Shown here: positions 11,450 through 23,302 of the stretch, piece after piece | Layout: each line of letters begins with the position of its first letter | Numbering within the stretch: position 1 is the stretch's first letter | Assembly (NCBI RefSeq): GCF_001194135.2 | Contig: NC_068982.1 | Coordinates: 107,998,076-108,034,108 of the forward strand | Reading direction: 5' to 3' | From: Octopus bimaculoides | Lineage: Eukaryota | Length of the DNA stretch: 36,033 nt | Program-made: the position numbers and the translations under genes | The notes under the pieces: generated by a model | Seen by the model: the letters and a program-made list of their open reading frames with translations, nothing else | What the model was told of the DNA's origin: nothing | Database searches by the model: none

Positions 11450-12320
11450 AGTTGATAGAAATCTAAACTTTTTGTTAGGTTCGGCGGTCACAGCTTCAGC
11501 TCAGCACCTGATTTAGCATTGACAGCCCACCTTTCTTCTATCACCTGCAACTGTGCACTTATCCAGAAGGTTTTCTGAAACACATTTGAGCCTAACGTGA
11601 ACCACCTGAACGAGACAAGTGCGAACTGTCTGGTTTCATGATGACTTCTGTGTCCCCTAGAGTGCAACTAATCACGACTGCGACAAATCAGTTTGGAATT
11701 CAATCATGTCTTGACTAACACCGTTTCATCTGCTTGCAGACGGCCTCGCAACCTAACGGTTGCGCCTGGCAATATACGGTACCCTCTTTGTTGATCAGCG
11801 CTCTTCTCGATGAAAAATACCCACACGTTAGAGTGCTCTGGTCAGCTACATAAATGTCGTCGTGGAGTTAGTGTCGTCGAGTTCGGTCTCTCTCTCTTGT
11901 TGCAATGCAGGACGTTTTTTTCGCTACACTACGTTAAACAATGTTTTTTAAAAGGAGCCTTGATCCTAGTGGATCCGTTGTAACGAGTTGTAGACATTCG
12001 GATGTGATAAGCCTTTTCTCGTTCTTTGGAAGGGAAGCAAGTCGTTTATCTGCAGTGTTACGTATTATGAAACATCTTCTAGTGATAACCTTATCGCTTT
12101 GGTTAATAAAACCAGGAGCTACCGATCACAGTTAAGACTTCTGGTATTCTCGGTTCTCAGACCACTGCTCTCTTCCGCCAAATTGGAATGAAGACGTCAT
12201 ACCTTCATCCCAGTTCATCTCGATAAAAGAATTGTTTGAGGCGAATAGCTGAAGTAGAGGATATCGTTAGTTGAACTCTTTTACCATTTTGTTCGTGCAG
12301 TGTAGATAAGCTGTTCAAAA
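11450..12320 (-). pseudogene. Possible second Gypsy (CsRn1-like) gag fossil
   Basis: GC-elevated block. The minus frame KNEKRLITSECLQLVTTDPLGSRLL resembles the CsRn1-type Gag segment LK..LI.R..SE..RL.QLL...LGDR.PS.LL. Weak by-eye match. Confidence 0.3.
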
Positions 12321-15204
12321 GCGAGTGTGCAGTCTGTTTTGCTGTATACGCATATTACAGAATATACTGGAAAACTACAAAAGGAACAAAGCCGGAAAAA
12401 GTAGTCTTGAGAGCAAAGAAAGTTTTGAAGTGAAATTACTTATAATTTGTAACTTCAGACAAGCTACTAACACACTATAATCCAAGTACTACACTTAGCT
12501 ACGACGTCTCTCCTATCAGTTTAATTACGATCTTAACACATGTCATAGAAAGCTGAAAGAAGAGGTCTAAAATTTCTCTGAAAGAAAGTGTGTACCAAGT
12601 AGGCAAGAGGACCTGCTTACAAGAAAGTATAGGCTTATAACTAATCATAAGCCAGTGGTGTACATCGTCAACCCCGGAAAGAAAGGTACAGCTGATATCT
12701 TCAGTCATGAAAATGCGGAGATATTTTTTATTTTAATTATTTGTTTTTTTAGTGGGTGGGGGATTACATTATTTATCGCTTAGTCAGAGGAACAAGTGCA
12801 TATGATCCGTTCTGGGTCCCATAAGAAGGGTAGGGGAATGAAGGATATCATTCGAAGGTCTAATATTCTAAGACACTTAACAGCTTTATTCTGTTAAACA
12901 ATTGTTTCGTTTTATATCCCATAGATTTTCAGGTATTTTAAGTGACACTAAAAATAAAGATAGAGAATATAATATTTCATTATAGATTAGTTCATATACA
13001 CAATTTCTTATGAAAATATCCGGTTGAAAACTCTTGGAGAGGAATATTTTAATTGACGATGTCCAGCTTTTAAGTCTATCTCTACTTCTGTCAGACAGCA
13101 CCATTTTATAACTTTCCCCTACTGAAAGTTTAAAAAAAAAAGCAGTTTAAAAAATAAAAATCTAGAAATACACTATTCTCAACCAACTCTGATCTCTTAT
13201 TTATAATAATAATACTTCCATAAACATTGCACATGAATGAAACATAACTTCACGGCTCTATAACTTATCTGATTAATATTATCTGCGATATTGCTTACAT
13301 TTCTTTTTCGTTTGCCTTTTGAATGAAGAAGAAAAAGACTAGATAAAAAGCGTTTCATTCTTGGCAGATGCGGTGCAAAATGTAATCTACACAACTGAGT
13401 ACGTAACGTGATTTATCGTTACATATTAAACTAGTACAGAAGATAGCGCGGTAACGTGTGAGAGTCAAAGTATGCAATTGGAATGAATGAAAAAATATCT
13501 TTTAGCAAACAGCTGTGGTAAATGTATAATAACAGGCAAAGACTAACTAACAACAGTAGTACAACGATGCAAGGAAGTTTATATTTGTGGCTTGCTCCTT
13601 TCTAGAAGGCGGTTGCTTTTCGCTTGCCAAAAAAAAAAAGAAAAGAAAAAAAGAAAAGAAAAGAAAAAAAGAAAAGAAAAGAAAATCACTGAGAAAAGCT
13701 ACACGTCTTATTACTGAGTTTGAAAACTTTACCTGAAATCTATTGGGAAAAAGGATCGGTGGTTTCAACCCTTACCCTTCATACACTTTCATTTCTTGTT
13801 CTGGAAAAGACACTATCACGAGTGCAAATAACTGTTTCTGTTATAATAAACTTTACTAATTTTCATATTATTTTATTATTTAGTAGATAACACGATACCT
13901 TCAGCTTTCGGAATAAGACGTTTGGGCGCGGCTGTTTGGACGCTGGCAATTCGGCACAACTAACTGGACATTGAAACTGTTTTGGTGACAGTAGCTTTTG
14001 GCACTGGAGGAAAACACTAATAAACATGTGCGCGCAGAAATAGACACATACAGATAGAGAGTGAATGAGAGGGGAGAGAGACGGAGAGAGAGAGAACAAG
14101 AGAATCATTTGATGTCAAATGAGTCCGTTGAATCAGTGACGCCAAATAGGCGAGATTAAAACGACTGTGCCAAACATACCCTTCAAATTTGGCATTGCTT
14201 GGAGAACAGAATCGTCACCACTCCGTTCAGTTGGGAAAAAATCGTTCGGCAGAATCAAGATTTTGGTATTGATACAAGTAAATTTGGCGATAGTGTTGCG
14301 CAAAGCCATAGCTAAAGAGTTAAAATAAAACCTGACTTCGTAAATAGGCAAGAGATAGAAGTTAATAGTAAGTTAGTACTTTTTGAAAATATTAGATTCC
14401 ACAGAGGAAGAAAGAATGTTAAAGAGCGTACATTTTGGGATAGCTTTGTGTCTGATAAGGTTGGTTTTGTACAAAGTTATCTGTTGTATTTGCCTTCATG
14501 GAATTTAAGGAGCGTCGAATTTTTAATTTCATTTACTCGAGCAGGAAATGGCGAGTTTGTATTCGTGGAGCTTGATGATAAATGCTACTAAGTATGGAAT
14601 TAAATGCAGAGTGAGACAGTATTAGTTTCGTTAAAGATATAAATTGGCACACGGTGTTTGGGATTGGTGACGGCTTGTAAACAAAAACAGACATTAAATT
14701 TGCTTCGTTTAGCAGAGCATAATTTAAAGAAATATATGTAAAAAAAAAAAAATGTTTTCAGAGACGTAGTTTTGGCAATAACTGAAACGATATTAAATAT
14801 ACTAAGATACCAGTTTACATTCTGTTTATATTACTGCTTGTGTGTATTTGTTTGTACCCGCGCGCATCTGTCCGTGTGTGATGCGCTGTGTTTACAAATA
14901 TATGCATATATCGATATATCGTAAGCATTTGTGCTGTTCTTCACTTTTAGCACCATTCGTTCTTTGTATTGTAAGTGAATGTCATTTTAAAGATTATTAA
15001 ATTTTCAACATCTCTAACACAATAATTTTCTGGTGGGGCTGGGGCAACTACCAAAATTATATTTATTATAATTACTTGGTATAAGAATAATTAAATAGAG
15101 TCAGTGACGAAAAAGTATTAAAAAATGGAAAAAAACAAACAAACAAACAAACAAAAAACATCAATTCAATACCAAGTGCCTCAACTGGCCGCACACCTCA
15201 AGGT

Positions 15205-15520
15205 TCAACGGAATCTACTGAAGCAAGCTAACATGCTCGTGGCATTATCACGGGCGACGGTGAGGCTAAGGCGTTGGAACAGCCAAGCACCCTCACAGGC
15301 ATCACCTGACACCTTGGTGAGGCGAGCTGCTAACGATGACAAGTCCCTCTAAACGCTTCAAATGCCAATTAGCTGTTGTGTGGGAGTCTTGTCGCCGACA
15401 TCGGTAGGTGGCTATGGGCAGCTTTCGTGTGGCGGTGGAAGGGTCTGAAACATCTTCACCACCATTGAGACATTGATTCCTGTATTCAGAGACGAAGAAC
15501 AGCAGCTCTCTCAGCATACA
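15205..15520 (-). pseudogene. 3' remnant of a CRE-clade-like (restriction-like endonuclease) non-LTR retrotransposon
   Basis: 15205-15350 (-) translates as RDLSSLAARLTKVSGDACEGAWLFQRLSLTVARDNATSMLACFSRFR*, matching the CRE-type C-terminal motif RL...TGD.RE..FLFQRLS.AV.RGNA.SIL. Confidence 0.6.
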
Positions 15521-15608
15521 TGAGTTAACTCTAAAAAGATAATTTATCTTCCGGAAACTCTTGGTGATCTTTCTCTTGGTTCACATCGTTCATAAAATCG
15601 ATGTTTAC

Positions 15609-15620
15609 CACACACACACA

Positions 15621-15666
<46 letters not shown>

Positions 15667-15692
15667 TCACATCACATCACATCACATCACAT
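15609..15692. repeat. (CA)n/(CACG)n/(CACAT)n microsatellite
   Basis: Directly visible. Confidence 0.95.
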
Positions 15693-15999
15693 ACAACATG
15701 TCACGTATTGGTTGCGCAATTACCATACCAGCGTATTTACTGATTTCCTTACCATGAATGTTCTCAAATTTCAAACTTGTACTGGTTTCTTGTTTGATTG
15801 AGATTTCATTTCCGTGCTCGTTTCTTTCCTTCCTCTTCATTATTGCAGTCTAGAAACTCGAAGAGAAGCTCTTGTCTTGTAGCTACGCATTTTCAATTTC
15901 TGTCTTGCTTTTCCAAGAATGAAATTCCAGCGCGTTTGGTTTTGCTTGCTGCACCGAAAAATAACCTAAAAATCTTAACCCAAAGCAATAACAAAAATG

Positions 16000-16146
16000 A
16001 AAACAACAACGTTGTCTTCGTCGTCGACATCGTCGTCGTCGTCGTCGTCCTCCTCCTCCTCCTCCTCCTCATCATCATCATCATCACCACCACCACCTCT
16101 ACCACCACCATCATCAGCATCATCATCATCACCATCACCATCACCA
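16000..16146. repeat. Compound trinucleotide array (AAC)(TCG)(TCC)(TCA)(CCA)(TCA)
   Basis: Directly visible; produces the poly-S, poly-V and poly-M ORFs. Confidence 0.93.
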
Positions 16147-16559
16147 ACCTTATACTACTTTTTTAATTTGTTAAATTTGTTTACATCTGAAACTTTCCTA
16201 AACACTGCAGAATAGCAAAATTTGACTGCTTAAATGCAACCGAATTAGTTTGGGGGCTTATTTTACAAAAAAAAACCCCAGAAATTATTGAATAATGTAT
16301 TCATTCAATATGATAAACATCTAAAATTAAAGACCTTGATCAAAAGTACACAAAACAAATTACAGTGTGGACCGCTTCGCGAATATTTGTTTTCTTTTTT
16401 CAGTTTAGAGTGAATCTCCCGGAACTTTGCATACTCAGGTGACCGCTTAGGTTCCCTTGTGGTCGAACCTGAACTATGTGTGCGTGTGCCTGCGTGCGTG
16501 TGTGCGTGCGTGTGCACGTGCGTGTGCACGCTTGTGTTGCGTATATCTATGCCAGAGGT

Positions 16560-17248
16560 AATAGACGGAAGAAAGAATGTTCAAAGCCAAAGGTAGTGTG
16601 TATGATTTATTAAGTCATCCAGAATAAGAGTACGCTCATATATGTTTTGGACAAGAGTAGAAAGAGGATGGAGTTTAATGAGTGTTTGGGAGGTAGTTGA
16701 CTTGGAGAAAGCAAGTCTAAGATTCAATCTCAAAGAAAAAGAAGCTCTCCTTAAGGAGATAAGTAAATGATTACTTACAGAGCCTGTAGGACCCCGTCCC
16801 CAAAGAAAACAAGAAAATGTCGAAAAGAAAGTAAAATTTTGAAGGGAAGAAGTTCCGTTTAATGTTTTTTTAAAAAGACAAAGGAGATAAAAGATGACAC
16901 CGGCAGCTGGCTTTGGTTGAAGAAATGAGTATTGAAGATAGAAATCGAGAGAATGATTTCCACAGCTGAGAAAAACGCCCTAAGAGTAAATTCGATCAAG
17001 AGAATGATAGATAAGCAGGGCTGTTCCCCCAAATGCAAATATATATAACATACAGAAAATTGCACTACTGGGCACTGCACACATCCTACGCAAAACACTT
17101 TCAATACAGTAACCATAAGAGCATCACAGCAAACCACAGCACATACCCAAGGCACACAGAGCTGCGCCTGATAGTGAAGTGAAAGCACGTTATAAAAATA
17201 AAACTACTGAACAGTAATAATAACAACAACACTAATAATAATAATAAT
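16560..17248 (+). pseudogene. Internally deleted R4/Dong-like LINE 3' region ending in a (TAA)n tail
   Basis: 16875-17036 translates as KTKEIKDDTGSWLWLKK*VLKIEIERMISTAEKNALRVNSIKRMIDKQGCSPKC, joined to the C-terminus YNIQKIALLGTAHILRKTLSIQ*. A ~100-bp 3' UTR follows, then the TAA/CAA tail at 17214-17248. Confidence 0.75.
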
Positions 17249-17347
17249 CACGAAAATATAGCCAGGTTTGTCCATTGGACGTTTTGCTACAAGTATGGAC
17301 TTGACAGAGTAAAAAATTGGTACGACCACAAACCCGAAGGCGAGCAA
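17249..17347 (+). pseudogene. Short R4/Dong-like LINE fragment abutting the TAA tail
   Basis: HENIARFVHWTFCYKYGLDRVKNWYDHKPEGEQ is homologous to RHDKVAKVLQWKLREKWGLERGKMWYEHKPQ in the 23418 ORF. Confidence 0.75.
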
Positions 17348-18307
17348 GTAATAAAAATTCATCAGATACATTTTTTAAATGCGCATGCGCGCGCATGTGT
17401 GTGTATACGTGCGCGTGTGCGTGCATATGTGAGTGAGAGAGGTGAGAAGAAGGAATTAGAGAAAACAAATTATCTTTTTATCTTTTATTTTTCTTCATTT
17501 CCCACAAGATAAAATGTAACAACGGGAAATGACACCGTCTCGAAGAACTGAGTGGTGACGTTGGAATGCAAACATAAACATAAAACTCCAATGTTGATAT
17601 TTCAATTTTGTAAAGATTTATAGAAAGAAAAAGCTGTGAAATTGCCAGTGGCAACATTACTATCTCTATAATAAATAAAGAACCTGATTCGCAATACAAT
17701 GGTTGTGGAAGTCGTCAACGTTGACACGCCTTCTTGAAAAGGTTTCATCGACATACACCATGTTTTATTAATGACTTCAGATTCCTTTCACAGTTTATAT
17801 TTCAAAAATAATTTGTATTCTATTTTGCTAGCCCTAAATGGGTTGGCCTATATAAATAGTATTAGCTTCAAAAGAATGAAACCTAGATTTATTCATTTTT
17901 ATGCTTTGCCGCATAAATTAAGTAATACCTCTTGGTTCATAGAACACGAATTCATGTCAGATATAATACGCAGTACTCTATATTCTTCGGCAATGTAATT
18001 AAGTTTTTTAATTGCTTGTAATATATCCAGTTAAAAACCCCATGGATGTAGAGGGGAGCCGATGGCTACTTGCGGGACTCGAACCACTCATTTGTTGTAT
18101 TCAATACAGATGTACTAAACCAATTACAGTAAAATTATCTCAGATATCTTTTCTGTCAAATTTGAGGATTTGATCTTACAAGGGAGAATGCAAGTCTGGC
18201 TACATTTTTAGAATGCATTCGAAGAAACTTCGACAAGTTGATAAGAAAATCAGCTTAACGATGTATTTTAAAGTGAATACCGCAATAAATAGTAATATGT
18301 AATATAT

Positions 18308-18515
18308 TGGTTTCAAATTTTGGCACAAGGCCAGAAATTTCAGGGGAAGAAGTAAATTGATTACATCGACTCCAGTGTTCAACTGATACTTATTTTCTCC
18401 ACCCGAAAGGATAAAAGGCAAAGTCGACCTCGGCAGTATTTGAACTCAGAGCGTGAAGTCGGAAGAAATGTCGCTAAGCGTTTTTCCGGCGTGGTCACGA
18501 TTCTACCAGCTCACC
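18308..18515 (-). mobile_element. SINE family A, near full length
   Basis: Head GGTGAGCTGGTAGAATCG, B-box-like GAGTTCAAATAC, family core and TTTGAAACCAA end. Confidence 0.85.
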
Positions 18516-18530
18516 ACATTGGGTTAAATA

Positions 18531-18670
18531 CACTGTTTCTCAACCTTATTACCCTTTCGTAACCCTTAAAATAAATTACATATTTCAAAGAACCCCTGCA
18601 CAAAAAAAAAAAAAAATTATATACCTTATCTTTCTCATATTTTTTCATCGTACTTCATGTGGTAAATATC

Positions 18671-18701
<31 letters not shown>

Positions 18702-19059
18702 GTTCAAAAAAGAAAAACGACAAAAAACAACAACAAAAAAAAACAACAACGCGAGGACGTGATACAGATATTGTGTTACTGGACGCTCAGGAAAGGAATG
18801 AAAGAGAATTTGACGTTTCAAGCGGAGCTCTTCGTCGGAAATATATATATATATGTATGTATATCCCCAATGGTTGTTATATTTTTTTGATAACATAATA
18901 GGTTAGATAGGATGATGTCTACATTACAATATTACAATAACCAATAACATGTTGTGCATGCATAGTAATATTCCGATCATGAAATTAGCACTAGCTTATC
19001 TCATTCTTTCTCGGGGAACCCTTAAGAACCTTTTGAGGAACTTTGGCTGAGAAACGCTG
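18531..19059. mobile_element. hAT (Charlie-like) MITE
   Basis: Termini CACTGTTTCTCAACC and GGCTGAGAAACGCTG resemble Charlie-type CAGTGTTTCTCAACC TIRs. GAACCC subterminal motifs. GGTTAAA flanks both sides (imperfect 8-bp TSD). Confidence 0.65.
18750..18840 (-). mobile_element. Penelope-like 3' tail fragment nested in the hAT MITE
   Basis: The minus strand GACGAAGAGCTCCGCTTGAAACGTCAAA...CCTGAGCGTC is homologous to 33845-33895. Confidence 0.55.
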
Positions 19060-19070
19060 GGTTAAAAATA

Positions 19071-19165
19071 AGGCGGCGAGCTGGCAGAATCGTTAGCACG
19101 TTGGTAGTAATCGACTTATCCCTCCCTTAAAACTGCTGGCCCTGTGCTAAAATTTGAAATCAATT
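19071..19165 (+). mobile_element. SINE family A, internally deleted copy
   Basis: Head AGGCGGCGAGCTGGCAGAATCGTTAGCACG is joined directly to tail GTAATCGACTTATCCC...AAATTTGAAATCAATT. Confidence 0.8.
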
Positions 19166-20406
19166 TATTGAGCTGAAAACATTTCGATGGAAAATAAGCC
19201 TAACGAGACTCGAACTACACGTTTTCTGTAGTATCTTTTCCTCACCAATAATATTTCCACTTAATTTTTTACTTCTGGCTGCATTGTAACACTAACTTGA
19301 CTATCATTTTTACAACGGATGACATCCCTGGGTAATCTGTTTCAGTAATTTATCTCCCCAAACTTGTTAATTTTTATGCCTATTTGTGTAGATAATTGTA
19401 TATCACTTAAAGATTACGTCGCCATTATTTCAGTAAGTACGGTAAAATCTATATTTAGATGAAGAAGATTAATAATGAAGAAGATTAAATATGCCTTGAG
19501 TTGTCTCCCGTACTAATATAATGTATTTTTTTCATTGCATTATTTTTTCCAATTATCTCGTTAATTCTCCTGATATCTGATGTGATTGCACTAAACTGAC
19601 TTTCGTATATTCAGGTTGGTATTAGTTATTTAATCTGTTAGTACATGTTGCTCTATGTAGTCCAGGAATTGTAGGTTGCTATGGAATCTTATTCATATAG
19701 TTATCATGTCGTTCCTTGAAAATATGATACGAGATGTTTATTTTGATTGTATCAGAAAACAGAATATGACACTGGTATATGTTACTACATTTTGACCTAT
19801 ATTTTCATCTGTACCTTTAGATTTGAGTGATAAATTAATATGTGGCTGAAAGTGATGAGATGTTGAACAAAGAAACAGAACATTTACATGCTATCTTTTG
19901 GAAGAGGAGCTTTGAACATTTAGCATCTTTTTCCATGGGAGTGTTGATGTGGTGTACTTTTACTTCTTGCCTAAAATATTTTCTGAATGATAGCCTGGTT
20001 TCTTATATATGACATTTCTCTTCGGTTTTTCAACTAAACCAATTCCAGTTACAGGGCGTATTTATTTCATAACATAACAGATACTCCATCTGTTTCAGCA
20101 ACAGCATCTAAAGTATGGAGTTTATGGGAATTTCACAGGATTATGAAAAGAGTTCAATATGTCTAAGAAATGTTTAATTCTCTTTGAAAATGGAGGTTTC
20201 TTTATACTAATGATATACTTTACATTGGTTTGTAATGCGTGTATAAGACAAGTATGAATTGTTTGCTCAGTGCTTCGACAAAAGATTTTGGTGATGACTT
20301 CAAAATTGCTTGTGTCAGAGTTTATAAAATGCGTTTAAGAATTGATTGTCCTTATTCTGTTGATGTTCAGTCACTAGCAATTCCTAGAATCTGATTTAGT
20401 AAAAAG

Positions 20407-20409
<3 letters not shown>

Positions 20410-20480
<71 letters not shown>

Positions 20481-20520
20481 CACACACACACACACATATG
20501 CGCACGCACGCACACACGTA
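20410..20520. repeat. (CT)n(CA)n microsatellite
   Basis: Directly visible. Confidence 0.96.
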
Positions 20521-20933
20521 TTATATTAAAATAGGCATATATGTATCATACTTAATATAAACACATCGCTTATAGAAAATTTACTGCGGTATTCGCCAGG
20601 AGATGATATCAGTCAATAAGAGATGTCTTCGGGAAAATACTGCAGTAAATTTGCTTTAAGCGATGTATTTATATTAGGTATTTTAAATAGATAGCTCTCT
20701 CTCTGTCTCTGTGTATGTGTGTGTCTCTCTCTCTCTGTGTATATATATAAGATATATATAATACAATTAAACATTGGGAGAGGCATTATGCCGGTATTAA
20801 ACACACGCACTGGTTCAGTCCTTTATTAATTTATATAGTTTTTTTGTTAAATTATTTCATTGCACTCTTGCAATCTCTTCAGTAACTTGTCTCTCCACTT
20901 TCATTTATTTTGAATGTATGATCTGGCGTTGTT

Positions 20934-21123
20934 TTGGCGTTGTGCAAAAATAGTCCTGGTGCCAACTGCAAAGCCAGAAATGTAGTCTACAAAATAAGCT
21001 GTATGGATGGTGAGTGTAAAAACAGAAACACGACATACATAGGTGAAACGGCAAGAAGTTTGGCTGAGCGTGTAAACGAACATTGGAGGGACTATAATAA
21101 TCAAAAACAAACCTCGGTGCTCT
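20934..21123 (+). pseudogene. Penelope-like element GIY-YIG endonuclease fragment, cut by the gap
   Basis: NCKARNVVYKISC...YIGETARSLAERVNEH matches the PLE GIY-YIG pattern NVVY.I.C...YIGET.R.L..R..EH. Confidence 0.88.
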
Positions 21124-21601
21124 NNNNNNNNNNNNNNNNNNNNNNNNNNNNNNNNNNNNNNNNNNNNNNNNNNNNNNNNNNNNNNNNNNNNNNNNNNNNN
21201 NNNNNNNNNNNNNNNNNNNNNNNNNNNNNNNNNNNNNNNNNNNNNNNNNNNNNNNNNNNNNNNNNNNNNNNNNNNNNNNNNNNNNNNNNNNNNNNNNNNN
21301 NNNNNNNNNNNNNNNNNNNNNNNNNNNNNNNNNNNNNNNNNNNNNNNNNNNNNNNNNNNNNNNNNNNNNNNNNNNNNNNNNNNNNNNNNNNNNNNNNNNN
21401 NNNNNNNNNNNNNNNNNNNNNNNNNNNNNNNNNNNNNNNNNNNNNNNNNNNNNNNNNNNNNNNNNNNNNNNNNNNNNNNNNNNNNNNNNNNNNNNNNNNN
21501 NNNNNNNNNNNNNNNNNNNNNNNNNNNNNNNNNNNNNNNNNNNNNNNNNNNNNNNNNNNNNNNNNNNNNNNNNNNNNTCTTGCACACGAAATACACATAC
21601 G

Positions 21602-21667
<66 letters not shown>

Positions 21668-21683
21668 ATAAGATATATGTATA

Positions 21684-21719
<36 letters not shown>

Positions 21720-21905
21720 CTCGAGAAAGGTTACGAATACTGTACTTCGTCCTCTGACTAAACTATCAGAAAAAGACAAAAATCGGAAAGAAATACAATA
21801 GTTGATATAGAAACTATTACATCGTAAGGAACTTAGTAAATATGTCACATCCTCTTAATGAATAAAAGAAAGAAAGAATAAATTACTTCAATACTTGAAT
21901 AAATT

Positions 21906-22041
21906 ACCAACTACACGGTTCCGGGTTCAGTTCTACTGCATGACATCTCGGGCAAGTGTCTTCTACTATAGCCTCGGGCCGACCAAAGCCTTGTGAGTGG
22001 CTTTAGTAGACGGAAACTGAAAGAAGCCCGTCGTAAATACG

Positions 22042-22074
<33 letters not shown>

Positions 22075-22261
22075 ATGTTTGTGTGTCTGTGTTTGTACCC
22101 CTAGCATTACTTGACAACCGCTGCTGGTGTGTTTATGTCCCCATAACTTAGCGGTTCGGCAAAAGGGGCCGATGGAATAAGTCCCAGGGTCGATTTGCTC
22201 GACTAAAGGCGGTGTTCCAGCATGGTCGCAGTCAAATGATTGAAACAAGTAAAAGAGTAAA
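21906..22261 (+). mobile_element. SINE family B with internal TA/TG microsatellite, 5' truncated
   Basis: B-box GGTTC(C)GGGTTCAGT, conserved body and GTAAAAGA tandem tail; colinear with 34594-35216. Confidence 0.88.
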
Positions 22262-23106
22262 TGCCAACGTTTATGACTCCTACGCATTACATATGTCTGT
22301 TTATTATGAGTAACATCGTGTTGGTAAAATTAAATAAAAGAAATGCAAGGCATTATCAGAAAATATACCATTGTTGAAAGTAAGAAAATAACAGGAGATA
22401 AAACATTCTTGAATAGAAATAAAAATATATAACAATAAGGTAAAAGGGCAATTATCATTAACATTATCTTTAAATAGAGTGTTCATATTTATTATGTATG
22501 ACATTTATAATATGATCCACGTTGTAATATTACTCTGAAATACTAGTCAGAAATCAATTGCAAATACATTTGATATTTAAATGAGACTCGATTGAAGTGA
22601 AGCAGCTAAATATATGGACATTTCCGGTGAGCTGTTCTCTCTTCAAAATTTACTTAGATAATCTAAAGAAAGACTTACAGTATGAATTTGGAACAAACAA
22701 TTTATTTTAGTCCCTTAAGTTATTTATTCCAAATTTGAACTGTATAACTTTGTTCATTACTGTATCTGCATAGACACACAAAACCTCGCTACCATCTCCA
22801 ATGAATTTATTATCCAGCTTTCAAAAGTCAGAGTTCCCGATTCTTTTTGTTGCGCTCCACCGAATTTTATTTTCGTAAGGGTTACCACAGCCCGCCAGTG
22901 CTGCTTCCCCTTTGTGAAAACAACAATGGTCAACGCCTGAGTGCTTTGTACCTGCTTTTACCTAATTATACATCGTCCATCAATTACAGAAAATGAATCC
23001 CAATGTAAACAAGATTAACCGAGATGTGAAACATTGCACCAGAAAACCAAAATATTACATTGATGAAAAAGAGGTGAAAATTGAAACATTATATTACGTG
23101 AATATA

Positions 23107-23240
23107 TCGTATTTATTCATGAATAGGTCGCGACTTATTTACTAAGCACAGCTAAAACTACGAAGGGAAAAAATTGTATCAAAATTTAACACTAAACTAG
23201 GGATGCGACACGAGTGTGATTTATACATGAGTAAATACGG
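23107..23240. mobile_element. pogo/Tc1-mariner-type MITE with TA TSD
   Basis: TA|TCGTATTTATTCATG...CATGAGTAAATACGG|TA. Internal TTGTATCAAAATTTAACACTAAA is shared with 9401-9423. Confidence 0.75.
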
Positions 23241-23302
23241 TAATAATATAAGTTCTTTAACAATTTATAACATCAAGAAACAAAAATTCCGGGTTATGCA
23301 AC

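Noticed and set aside
14133-14351. 72-aa minus-strand ORF and an open plus-strand frame in the CpG-rich block
   Set aside because: No recognisable motif, and the length is within chance expectation.
15798-16215. Poly-Ser, poly-Val and poly-Met ORFs
   Set aside because: Products of the trinucleotide array; no splice context or flanking domain.
17690-17775. Minus-strand peptide MVYVDETFSRRRVNVDDFHNHCIANQ
   Set aside because: There are in-frame stops immediately upstream, no acceptor, a weak donor and no recognised family.
18063-18132. tRNA-like minus-strand segment (GGTTCGAGTCCCGC...AGTAGCCA)
   Set aside because: Only a B-box/T-arm is recognisable and the D and acceptor arms do not pair. At best a decayed SINE head or tRNA pseudogene.
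19400-20400. AT-rich block and A-rich block at 34090-34580 resembling decayed retroelement coding sequence
   Set aside because: No diagnostic motif could be read with confidence by eye.
22884-22912. Possible 24-nt minus-strand micro-exon (ttttcacaaag|GGGAAG...CTGTG|gtaacc)
   Set aside because: Splice-like signals of this quality occur by chance, and no neighbouring exons define a gene.
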